Below are positions 1-7,901 of a stretch of DNA of 46,773 bases, one piece after another. How positions within the stretch are numbered: position 1 is the first letter of the stretch; each line of letters opens with the position of its first letter. A model generated the notes under the pieces. It did not search any database and was not told the origin of the DNA. It saw only the letters and a program-made list of their open reading frames with translations. The position numbers and the translations under genes are program-made. Origin of the DNA: an archaeon (GTDB lineage Archaea > Nanobdellota > Nanobdellia > Woesearchaeales > GW2011-AR9); the NCBI GenBank assembly GCA_002686315.1, contig NZBO01000003.1, positions 1-46,773 on the forward strand, written 5' to 3'.

Positions 1-38
1 AAGGATATCAACGAGGACCTGTTCACATTGGAAAAATT

Positions 39-497
39 ATGATCAATTATCGTGTTTATGGGTGGACAGATGAACAGGTTGCGAAGTATAAAAAGATGAA
101 AGAGAAGGAAACCTTAATGTTATTTGGTAATGTTTCTGCATCTGTCCAGGAAGCAATGAGTGCACTTGGTGATGATTTAACAATTTATCTTGAGCAAGCA
201 CGCTCGCAGCGAACACGAAATCCTGTTATTGATGAGAAAAAAGAAGTCAAAGCGAAACCAAAAAAGAGTATTACGGAAAAATTGCTTGGCGATTTTTATA
301 CGCCCTCTCACAAAAAGTCCAAGGAACCGAAGGTAGATAAAAAGATGGTACAGAAAGAGATGGCAGACGCGATAAAAGCGAAAGGAATGTTGTTTAATTC
401 GAAAGGTGAACCGCAAGGATTAACAAAATATGCGATGAGTATGTGCTGGCCAGCGTATCACAATTTTAAGAAGTCCCAACGATTAATTACGTGGTAA
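39..497 (+). CDS. Hypothetical protein (152 aa), Lys-rich, no recognisable domain
   Basis: Intact ORF from the track. It is the first of three closely spaced same-strand ORFs (39-497, 549-1241, 1286-3418). No motif recognised. Confidence 0.5.
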   Translation: MINYRVYGWTDEQVAKYKKMKEKETLMLFGNVSASVQEAMSALGDDLTIYLEQARSQRTRNPVIDEKKEVKAKPKKSITEKLLGDFYTPSHKKSKEPKVDKKMVQKEMADAIKAKGMLFNSKGEPQGLTKYAMSMCWPAYHNFKKSQRLITW

Positions 498-548
498 CCT
501 ATACTGTATAGACAATTCTTTTATATGGTGTCTATTTTTCTAGAATGT

Positions 549-1241
549 ATGACGAAGAATGACGTGAAAAAGCTCCATCCCGCGGATCGAATTAAGAAGT
601 TAAAGCAGCTTGAGCAAGAGAAGAAAAAAGAAATTGAAGAGATGGAGAAGTTAATTGAAGAAAGTCAGCAAGAATTAACGTCCAAGAAAGAATTTAAAGA
701 GAAAGTTCCCATTCCGCAAGTAGCGAGTCGTGATATCAGCGCGTTAAGTGCTGAAGGTCGTGAAATTCTGAAGATGCATCGTGGTATCTCTGAAGTGGGG
801 GATGAAGATGACGTTGAAGAGAAGATTGAGCAAGAGGAGTCGTTAGAGGAGACAGTGTTCAAGGAAGCGCCGGTTGTTTCTCATGACGCTGATGTACGCT
901 ATGCGATTCCACCAGATGAATTACAACGTCCCTTAAATCAAGAATATGTGCTTAGTTTAAGTTATGCACCAATTGGTGAATTACGGAACAGATTAACTGA
1001 TATTTATAATCAAGGACAGACGCAAGGCTATTTCACACAAGATCAGCAGCAGCAAACTCGGGAAGTACTTGCTGGTTTGGAGAAAAAAATGCATTCTAGC
1101 GCGTATACAAGTGTGCAGGAAGCAGGCATTCAAGCATCCGAAATTCAAAAAATAGGCGCAAGCATGTTATCGAAGACAGGGTATGACGCGAATGCGGGAA
1201 GAACAGAAGTTCGTGGGCAAGATTGGTATAAGGGAGGGTAA
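549..1241 (+). CDS. Hypothetical coiled-coil, acidic and Gln-rich protein (230 aa from ATG 549)
   Basis: The ORF track starts at 525, but that ATG lies inside the TATA box TTTTATAT (519-526). ATG 549 lies 22 nt after the TATA box, as for other leaderless genes in this window. No known domain. Confidence 0.5.
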   Translation: MTKNDVKKLHPADRIKKLKQLEQEKKKEIEEMEKLIEESQQELTSKKEFKEKVPIPQVASRDISALSAEGREILKMHRGISEVGDEDDVEEKIEQEESLEETVFKEAPVVSHDADVRYAIPPDELQRPLNQEYVLSLSYAPIGELRNRLTDIYNQGQTQGYFTQDQQQQTREVLAGLEKKMHSSAYTSVQEAGIQASEIQKIGASMLSKTGYDANAGRTEVRGQDWYKGG

Positions 1242-1285
1242 ACTATAAATACCTCTCCCCATTCATATTTCCAAAGAGGTAACAT

Positions 1286-3418
1286 ATGGTACAATTTGGA
1301 TCAGGATATTTTAACCCGATGGATAGAGGATATGAAGTTCCTACACATCACGGTCATTCCCACGATCACGATAACGGTGCAGCGGGAAGTAACGATGTTG
1401 GTGTGTCGATAGGTGAGCTAGGTATGAGTATGGGGCTTGGTCCGATACCAAATGTTAATGCTATTTCTGCCAAATTACGACCGGGAACGAAGAAGTTAGA
1501 ATTTGTGTTTCTTGGACGGCAGAAAGGATCTGGGCAAGGGCAAACACCTGGTATGTATGGTCTTAAACAACGGCAAGCGTTACGTGAGATGGGAACCGCG
1601 AATAGAATTGATTTCACGACACATTCAACCGTAGGCGTGATGGGACTTGCAGGAATGGATCAGCAAGGTAATTTCTCGAAGGCAAGTAAGGATCAATCAT
1701 TACATGAAGTCCAAAGGGCTATCGAGTTCGCGGCAGATGTCGCGAAGGGTGGGCCTGTCGTTGTGCATACAGGTGAATTTAATAGATCGATAGCCGATTC
1801 AAAGTGGAATAAAGATACAAAATGGGCTGGCCAGTTTGAGATGCATCCTGAAGAAGAGGAACGGGCAACGTATCGTGTTGTTGACACGAGAACAGGCAGG
1901 TTAATTCAGGAAGCCATGAAAAATAAAAATGTTTCACGGCCGATTTGGAATTTTGCGAAGGAAGGCGAAGAGTATGAAGATTTTGATGGGAACATGAAAA
2001 AAGCAGCAGGTCATCGAGATGAGAAAGGAAATTTAATCTATATGGATTATTTTGGGAAACGTATTGAAGCAAGACTGAGAGTCCCGTTATATAATGAAGA
2101 TGAAGGGAAATTTGAAACGGAGCAATTGAAATGGGCGGATCTACAACGTGAAGCACAAGACATGACACGAGATGCACGTAATATATGGAAGAAATGGAAA
2201 CGTGGTGAACTATCAGATTCAAAATTTCAAGATTCATATTGGAAACGGTTTAAAGATGTAACATCAGCAGATGAAATAGAAGTTAAACCGGAAGAAGCGT
2301 ATGTTGTCTCAACATTGGAGACAAGCGCGGCGAATGCACGTGGTTGGGCGCATCATTACGGTGCAGGGTTTAAGGAATCGGTTGAGACGTTAAAGAAGTT
2401 ACGGAAAGCGTTTACGTTTTATGAGAAATTAGAAGGTATAACATCTGAAGAAGAAAAATGGAAATTAATGAAAGAAGATGGAAGACGATTTACTGATTTG
2501 ATCCCTGCTGATACAAAACTTCCAACTGTCTTACTCAAAAAATTGATTCAAGAACAGGAAGGACGGATGAAACAGGCGCAGGAGTCAGGTGCGTCCCAGT
2601 GGGCGCAGACGGAGGAACAAATTGAAACGATTCGTCACATTCAAAGTGCGGAAACGTACGCATACTCGGAAGCAACCGATGCGTATGCACGTCTTGGTAT
2701 GAATGCAATGCGGCATACGGATAAGTTAAAAGCGCAAGGTGATTCAAAGAAACCGTTAGCAGTAGCGTTAGAAAACCTCTTCCCTGAATCCTATGGCAGT
2801 CATCCGGATGAAATTGTAGATTTAGTGAAAGGATCTCGGAAACGAATGCAGGAAATGCTTGTGCAAAATGGGATGAATAAAGAGAAAGCAATGAAACGTG
2901 CGACAGAACATCTTACCATCACATTTGATACAGGACATATTAACATGTGGCGTAAGTATTGGAAAGGTGATCCAAATAAAACGTTGAAAGAGAATGATGA
3001 TAAGTTTGATGAATGGGTTATTGATAAAGTGAAAGATATGGCACCCTACATTGGTCACGTCCATATCGATGATAATTATGGCTATCACGACGATCATCTT
3101 GCGCCGGGAGAAGGGAACACACCAATTAAAGCAATGATTAAAACCTTGAAAGAAAATGGATATAAGGGAGAGATGATTATCGAACCTGGCGCTGATTATA
3201 CAACGGACACATCAGGATTTAGTTCGGTTACGAAAACATGGCGACATTTTGGCATTCCATTATATGGAACTGGCTCAGGTAGAGCAGGCGGTGGCGGAAG
3301 AACATGGAACCAGGTAGGCTATGGATTCTTTGGCCAGAATCAGCCAGCATATTTCACATTTGGTGGGTATTCACCATCGGAAGATTGGACGCTTTGGAGT
3401 GGCGTGCCGTTAGAGTAA
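1286..3418 (+). CDS. Xylose-isomerase-like / AP-endonuclease-2 family TIM-barrel protein with a long internal helical insertion (710 aa)
   Basis: Barrel-strand motifs read by eye: LEFVF, FTTHS, VVVHTGE, then after about 300 aa ALENL, TFDTGH, HVHIDDN, IIEPG. SD-like GAGGT (1276-1280) lies 5 nt upstream of the ATG. Confidence 0.55.
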   Translation: MVQFGSGYFNPMDRGYEVPTHHGHSHDHDNGAAGSNDVGVSIGELGMSMGLGPIPNVNAISAKLRPGTKKLEFVFLGRQKGSGQGQTPGMYGLKQRQALREMGTANRIDFTTHSTVGVMGLAGMDQQGNFSKASKDQSLHEVQRAIEFAADVAKGGPVVVHTGEFNRSIADSKWNKDTKWAGQFEMHPEEEERATYRVVDTRTGRLIQEAMKNKNVSRPIWNFAKEGEEYEDFDGNMKKAAGHRDEKGNLIYMDYFGKRIEARLRVPLYNEDEGKFETEQLKWADLQREAQDMTRDARNIWKKWKRGELSDSKFQDSYWKRFKDVTSADEIEVKPEEAYVVSTLETSAANARGWAHHYGAGFKESVETLKKLRKAFTFYEKLEGITSEEEKWKLMKEDGRRFTDLIPADTKLPTVLLKKLIQEQEGRMKQAQESGASQWAQTEEQIETIRHIQSAETYAYSEATDAYARLGMNAMRHTDKLKAQGDSKKPLAVALENLFPESYGSHPDEIVDLVKGSRKRMQEMLVQNGMNKEKAMKRATEHLTITFDTGHINMWRKYWKGDPNKTLKENDDKFDEWVIDKVKDMAPYIGHVHIDDNYGYHDDHLAPGEGNTPIKAMIKTLKENGYKGEMIIEPGADYTTDTSGFSSVTKTWRHFGIPLYGTGSGRAGGGGRTWNQVGYGFFGQNQPAYFTFGGYSPSEDWTLWSGVPLE

Positions 3419-4069
3419 TTAGGTACTTACGGGAAGCGAATACGTTCGTCGTAACGCTAACTCTTTTAATCGAGATAAATTTTTTGCTTTTTGTTTGCTA
3501 AATAACTTGTGTGCACTTGGTGTGCACCACGAATGTTGTTGCTCCAAAAAGTACACTTCAAACCCTAACCAAACATCCCAACTTTTCGCATATTCAAATA
3601 AATGACATTCCGGGTAATGTAACGTTTCCTTGCGTAAATCTTGCATCCACTCCCAGAATCCTTTCTTGCCTAATGCTGCTAAATCCGCATCACGTAACAC
3701 CTTTTCAAATTTGGTCACAGGTGTATATTTGAGATTTGTGGAAAGAATGGCGTTCCGTACTGTAATAATTTGTTCCTTACTAAAACCATGTTTCTCCATA
3801 AATTCTTCCGCTAAATCTGCACCAATTATTTCGTTCTCTAAATATTGTTTCGTAAACCCGGTATCGTGAAATAATGCGGCGATCGCAACTAAATATGTTT
3901 CCTGTTTGGTGAATTTTTCTTTTTTTGCAAGCATCATTGCAGTTGGCACAACACCTTTTATGGTATGTCCTTTTCGATGGTAATAGAACGTTTCATCTAA
4001 ATTAGCTAAATGTAAGCTTGCTACCTTCTTCGCTTCTTCTACATCTTTTTGCGTAATTATTTTCCCCAT
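3419..4069 (-). CDS. HD-domain metal-dependent phosphohydrolase
   Basis: H...HDTGF motif (AALFHDTGF) within a helical protein of about 200 aa. TTAAATATT TATA-like element about 18 nt upstream of the ATG. Confidence 0.7.
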   Translation of the reverse strand: MGKIITQKDVEEAKKVASLHLANLDETFYYHRKGHTIKGVVPTAMMLAKKEKFTKQETYLVAIAALFHDTGFTKQYLENEIIGADLAEEFMEKHGFSKEQIITVRNAILSTNLKYTPVTKFEKVLRDADLAALGKKGFWEWMQDLRKETLHYPECHLFEYAKSWDVWLGFEVYFLEQQHSWCTPSAHKLFSKQKAKNLSRLKELALRRTYSLPVST

Positions 4070-4417
4070 TGAGAAGTGAGGGGAAGAAATATTTAACTTA
4101 CTCTATTCCCCCTTGTATGGGTAGAAAAATAAAGAAAAAAAGGAAGCATTACGCTTCATAGAGGTGGTTTTTGTATAATAAATAGACTAATTCGTCCGTT
4201 GTTAAGCCTCGGACATGGCTGTGGAGGTCGTGTTTCATTCATATCACCCTTTATACACATACAAAACATTCCCTTTATTAATCACTTATGTATGACGATT
4301 ATAGAAGTATGAATTAGACCCATTTACCATAAACTTTTTAAACCCCTCTCTTGATTTGTTACTCATAAGTAAATTACGTGGAGGCGGGTTACAATATTTA
4401 GCTTATTTACGACACCA

Positions 4418-5101
4418 ATGTGGTTCCAAGGATGGGACCTTGTATTTGATTTTGTAGGACTTATAGTCGCGTTACTTATTGCAGGCTATAGTTGGCGTCT
4501 CTATAAAGTTAATGGGCAGAATAAGTTTGCCTACTTCGCGTTTGCATTTGTGTTAATCGCGATTGGATTGTTATCAAAAGTCTTTACTGATAGTGTTATC
4601 TATTTTAAACCGATTCGTGACGTGACAGCTGTTGTTCTTGCTCCAGTTGCAGGGAAAGGATTATCGTTATCACAGTTATATTACCGTTCTGGGTTCTTTA
4701 TTCAGATGGTGTCAATGCTTGGTGCGTGGTTATTGATCTTTTTCATATCACAGAAAAGCAGACAACGATTGCGAAGATTCCATGAAATAAGTCAGATTGG
4801 CTTATTTGTCTATCTTGTATTGTTGGTGAGTGTTGTCAGTAACTTTAACGCAGCCGTGTTTTACTTAACATCGTCCGTGTTACTTGGAATTATTGTCTTA
4901 AATTATTATAAAAATTATCTTAACACAAATAGAAACAAAAATGCGTTCAATGTGATGGTCGCATTCATGTTTATCCTTGTTGGAAACCTCTTTTTAGTCT
5001 TTGTGTTTTTACAGGAAGCACTCTATGTTGTGGGAGAGTTTTTTATGTTAGTAGGGTTTTTACTCATATTACAAACGTATCATAAGGTGACTCATACATA
5101 A
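4418..5101 (+). CDS. Polytopic membrane protein, unknown function (227 aa)
   Basis: Multiple hydrophobic segments across the whole length. Its stop overlaps the start of the next gene (TAATG at 5099-5103). Confidence 0.6.
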   Translation: MWFQGWDLVFDFVGLIVALLIAGYSWRLYKVNGQNKFAYFAFAFVLIAIGLLSKVFTDSVIYFKPIRDVTAVVLAPVAGKGLSLSQLYYRSGFFIQMVSMLGAWLLIFFISQKSRQRLRRFHEISQIGLFVYLVLLVSVVSNFNAAVFYLTSSVLLGIIVLNYYKNYLNTNRNKNAFNVMVAFMFILVGNLFLVFVFLQEALYVVGEFFMLVGFLLILQTYHKVTHT

Positions 5102-5394
5102 TGGCAGGCAGACGAAGTAGATTAGAATTGATTTTTGACATTCTTCTTGCTATTCAAAATAAAGGTGGTGTCATTAAACCAACACATTTAATGTATAAAT
5201 CGAACTTATCACACAAATTGTTAAATAATTATCTTGAGGAGTTGTTAGAGAAAGAGTTAGTTGTTATCCGTGAAGAAGAAGCGAAAAAGAAAAAGCAGAA
5301 AAGTTCCAAGAAAGTGCACATTACCGATAAAGGATTAAGTTTTCTGGCAGAATTTCGTAGGATGCGAGAGTTTACGGACGCGTTTGGGTTGTAA
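5101..5394 (+). CDS. Small winged-helix DNA-binding protein (HTH_45-like)
   Basis: 97 aa. The N-terminal ELIFDILLAIQNKG...KPTHLMYKSNLS pattern is typical of small archaeal wHTH proteins. Translationally coupled to the upstream membrane protein. Confidence 0.5.
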   Translation: MAGRRSRLELIFDILLAIQNKGGVIKPTHLMYKSNLSHKLLNNYLEELLEKELVVIREEEAKKKKQKSSKKVHITDKGLSFLAEFRRMREFTDAFGL

Positions 5395-5399
5395 GGGGC

Positions 5400-6206
5400 T
5401 TAATTTCCACTTTTTCGCAATCTAAAATAGCGTTTAGATCTTCCACCACCAATTGCTTTCCAACTGTAATCAATTATCGTTTCTGAAGCTCCTTTCATCA
5501 TTTCACCGAATTGTTGTTTTGTAGGCCTTCTTCCTTCTGCATTTGTGGACATGCGTAAGCGTAATCCATCCCATTTAACTTGGACTACCATGCTAAAATC
5601 ATCTCGTTTATATCTGTACGTACCTTCAGGAAGATCTATTTTCCTTTTTGCAATCTTAATAAGTTGTAGGCAACGATTCATTATATGTAATCGAGGGACA
5701 TCATTATCAAGTTCTTTTATTGTTTCTAGAAGTGCTTTATATCGCTGATAAATTGGTTTAATATCCTCAAATCTATTTTCTAGGACAGCAGCCTCAATTG
5801 AGTTAACGTACTCCTTAACTCGTTTTACTGCTAGTCTGGCAACTTCTTCTGTTGCTGCTGTAATTTTCGCTGACCGACCATACAAAGCTCTTGCCAACTT
5901 TCTAAATAATTTGAGTTCTCTCGTATATTCGATTATTTCTTTCTCTGCTTCCTCAAATTTGCCACTTTCAATACTCACTTCAATATCTCGTGCTAAGGAT
6001 AGAAGATATGCTTGAAGATGCATCACAATTGGAGGAAGATCATCTTTTGTGGCCGTATCAATTTTTGCTCTAACTGTTTTTAATGAAGTGAGATATGCTT
6101 TCTTTGCATGAAGTGTCGCAGTCGATTCAACGGCTCCGGCAGGGGAAGAAAATGCAATATTACCTGCTAGAAGAAGAAGTGTTATTGCTCTTCTGAGTCT
6201 GCTCAT
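5400..6206 (-). CDS. Secreted helical protein, unknown function
   Basis: N-terminal signal-peptide-like segment (RRAITLLLLAGNIAFSSPAGA) followed by a helical, charged sequence. Confidence 0.55.
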   Translation of the reverse strand: MSRLRRAITLLLLAGNIAFSSPAGAVESTATLHAKKAYLTSLKTVRAKIDTATKDDLPPIVMHLQAYLLSLARDIEVSIESGKFEEAEKEIIEYTRELKLFRKLARALYGRSAKITAATEEVARLAVKRVKEYVNSIEAAVLENRFEDIKPIYQRYKALLETIKELDNDVPRLHIMNRCLQLIKIAKRKIDLPEGTYRYKRDDFSMVVQVKWDGLRLRMSTNAEGRRPTKQQFGEMMKGASETIIDYSWKAIGGGRSKRYFRLRKSGN

Positions 6207-6270
6207 GATCTACATGAATTAATTAGTTCTTATATTTGTTTCTATTTTTGACCTTTCTCTTTAACAACAC

Positions 6271-6278
6271 TTTTATAC
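6271..6278 (+). promoter_or_regulatory. TATA box (TTTTATAC) of rnhB, 22 nt upstream of ATG 6301
   Basis: Same TATA-to-start spacing as about 20 other genes in the window. It places the rnhB start at 6301, upstream of the 30-nt interruption. Confidence 0.5.
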
Positions 6279-6300
6279 TTAATTCCTTCTAAAATAGACA

Positions 6301-6996
6301 ATGAACAAAAAGATTACTGTTGGGGTTGATGAAGCCGGTAGATCTAGCAACGCTTAGTTGTTAGAGCCGTGAGGTCCCGTCCTTGGCCCGTTAGTCATGG
6401 CAGCGATAGCGGTAGATGACAAAGCAGCGCAAAAACTGAAGTGGATGGGTGTGAAAGATTCTAAATTATTAACTGCAAGTGTGAGGGAAGATTTGTTTGA
6501 ACGTATCAAAGATGTTGTTGTTGATTTTCGTGTTGAAGTTATTGAACCAGATGCGATTGATCTTTCGTTAGCAGAATCAAATTTAAATTGGTTGGAAGCA
6601 GATACCTCTGCGCGAATGGTGTCAGAAATGAATCCAGATGTCATTGTGCTTGATTGTCCTTCTGTGAATATTCTCGCGTATAAGAATTATGTTGCGTCAA
6701 AATTGCCCCCTTCCGTGAAAAAGAAGGCACAATTAATTGTGGAACATAAAGCGGACGTGAATTATATCTCTGCTGCAGCTGCATCAATTGTTGCAAAAGT
6801 TATTCGTGATAAGTATATTGAGAACATTAAACGTGAGACGGGGATCGATTGTGGTTCTGGGTATCCATCGGATCCGAAGACGCAAAAGTTCTTACGTGAC
6901 TACCACGATCAGTATCCTGAGTATTTCAGACGAAAATGGAAATCGTATACCAACATGATTGAAAGTAAGAAGCAAATGAGTTTAGGTCAGTTCTAG
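6301..6996 (+). CDS. rnhB: Ribonuclease HII (type 2 RNase H), reading frame interrupted by a 30-nt insert (6342-6371); 221 aa if the insert is removed
   Basis: MNKKITVGVDEAGR (6301-6342), then 30 nt with in-frame TAG (6355) and TGA (6370), then GPVLGPLVMAAIAV in the same frame. Also DSKLL, HKAD..ISAAAASIVAK, GSGYPSD and a C-terminal PIP-like QMSLGQF. Confidence 0.85.
6342..6371 (+). other. Candidate bulge-helix-bulge (BHB) intron within the rnhB coding sequence
   Basis: Central 4-bp helix 6336-6339/6366-6369. 3-nt bulges AGA (6340-6342) and UGA (6370-6372). Inner 9-bp helix 6343-6351/6357-6365 with loop GCUUA. Excision restores DEAGRGPVLGPLV in frame. Confidence 0.6.
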
Positions 6997-7032
6997 TGTA
7001 ATCTTTTTATACCAGTTGGTATTACTTATTCT

Positions 7033-7845
7033 ATGACAGTATTTACCAACGTTAACAAAAATGATCTTGACACCTTACGCGAGTTAGGATTTCATGATGA
7101 AGATCCTAAAACGATCTATGAAGTGGCGAGGTTACGAAAGAATAATATTTCTGTTGTCTACTATGAATCTCGTAAATTACTTATTCAAGGAAAGGAAGAT
7201 GCTATTAAGAAATTCTCGACAAAATTGCGTTCTCTTGGTATCGGTAAAGAAATGAAGAAAGAAGTGTTTCGAAAAGAGGAAGGATGGGTCATTGGGAGTG
7301 ACGAAACGTTGAAAGGAGATACGTTTGGCGGGCTTGTTGTTGCGAGTGTGAAAGCAGATGGAAAACTGCGAATTGAACTTATGGCCCTTGGCGTTGCGGA
7401 TAGTAAACGGTTGAAAGATGAAGAGATTATGGAAATGGCGTATAAGATTAAACGTCTTGTCCCTTGTGAAATACGTTCTGTCTTACCTGAAGAGTATAAC
7501 AAATATGATGGCGTGACACCGTTGTTAAATCGATTGCATAAAGAGTGTGGCGATTATCTTAAACCTGGAACGCATGTTGTTGACAAGTATCCTGGATGTA
7601 AAGTAGGTGATGTGCAAGAAACGAAAGCGGAATCCAAATATCTCGAAGTGGCGGCAGCGTCTGTTCTTGCTCGAGCGGCCGGGTTAGCGCAGATGCGTTT
7701 TTTATCAAAAGAAGCAGGATTTGATTTGCCGCTTGGAAGTACACATGTTTCTGATGCTTTAGAACGGTTGAAAGAAAGTGGGAAGGATTTCAGAAAGTTT
7801 ACCAAGATGCATTTTAGGAATGTTCGAGCCTTTCTTGAAAGGTGA
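7033..7845 (+). CDS. rnhC: Ribonuclease HIII-like protein (type 2 RNase H with an N-terminal substrate-binding domain)
   Basis: The N-terminal ~85 aa include VVYYESRKLLIQGKED, resembling the RNase HIII N-domain. Catalytic-type motifs GSDETLKGDTFGG, ADSKRL and TKAESKYLEVAAASVLAR (Glu in the KAE position, as in HIII). TATA 7005-7011 lies 21 nt upstream. Confidence 0.7.
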   Translation: MTVFTNVNKNDLDTLRELGFHDEDPKTIYEVARLRKNNISVVYYESRKLLIQGKEDAIKKFSTKLRSLGIGKEMKKEVFRKEEGWVIGSDETLKGDTFGGLVVASVKADGKLRIELMALGVADSKRLKDEEIMEMAYKIKRLVPCEIRSVLPEEYNKYDGVTPLLNRLHKECGDYLKPGTHVVDKYPGCKVGDVQETKAESKYLEVAAASVLARAAGLAQMRFLSKEAGFDLPLGSTHVSDALERLKESGKDFRKFTKMHFRNVRAFLER

Positions 7846-7852
7846 GAACGTC

Positions 7853-7870
7853 CAGAAAAGACCTTTTCTG
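7853..7870. terminator. Hairpin between the convergent rnhC and MFS genes (CAGAAAAG-AC-CTTTTCTG)
   Basis: Perfect 8-nt inverted repeat in the 56-nt gap between two convergent stop codons, with a T-run (GCGTTTTT) shortly downstream. Confidence 0.3.
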
Positions 7871-7901
7871 AGAATGTGAAGGCGTTTTTAGAAAAGTGAT
7901 G

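Noticed and set aside
4149-4238. 29-aa - strand ORF (MKHDLHSHVRGLTTDELVYLLYKNHLYEA) with GGGTGAT upstream, resembling the start of a PHP-domain protein (DLHSH)
   Set aside because: It is too short, lacks the following SDG motif, and has an overlapping alternative frame. It could be a gene remnant or chance. Not callable from sequence alone.
4070-4417. The 348-nt AT-rich divergent intergenic region as a replication origin
   Set aside because: No repeated ORB or mini-ORB-like elements are present, only one C5/G5 run, and no adjacent orc1/cdc6. It is adequately explained as two divergent promoters.
6355-6372. In-frame TAG and TGA in rnhB explained by stop-codon reassignment or readthrough
   Set aside because: TAG terminates rnhB itself (6994-6996). 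TGA terminates polB (13014-13016) and the RSH gene. TAA is used widely. The code therefore looks standard, and the 10 extra codons would in any case split the invariant DEAGRGP motif.
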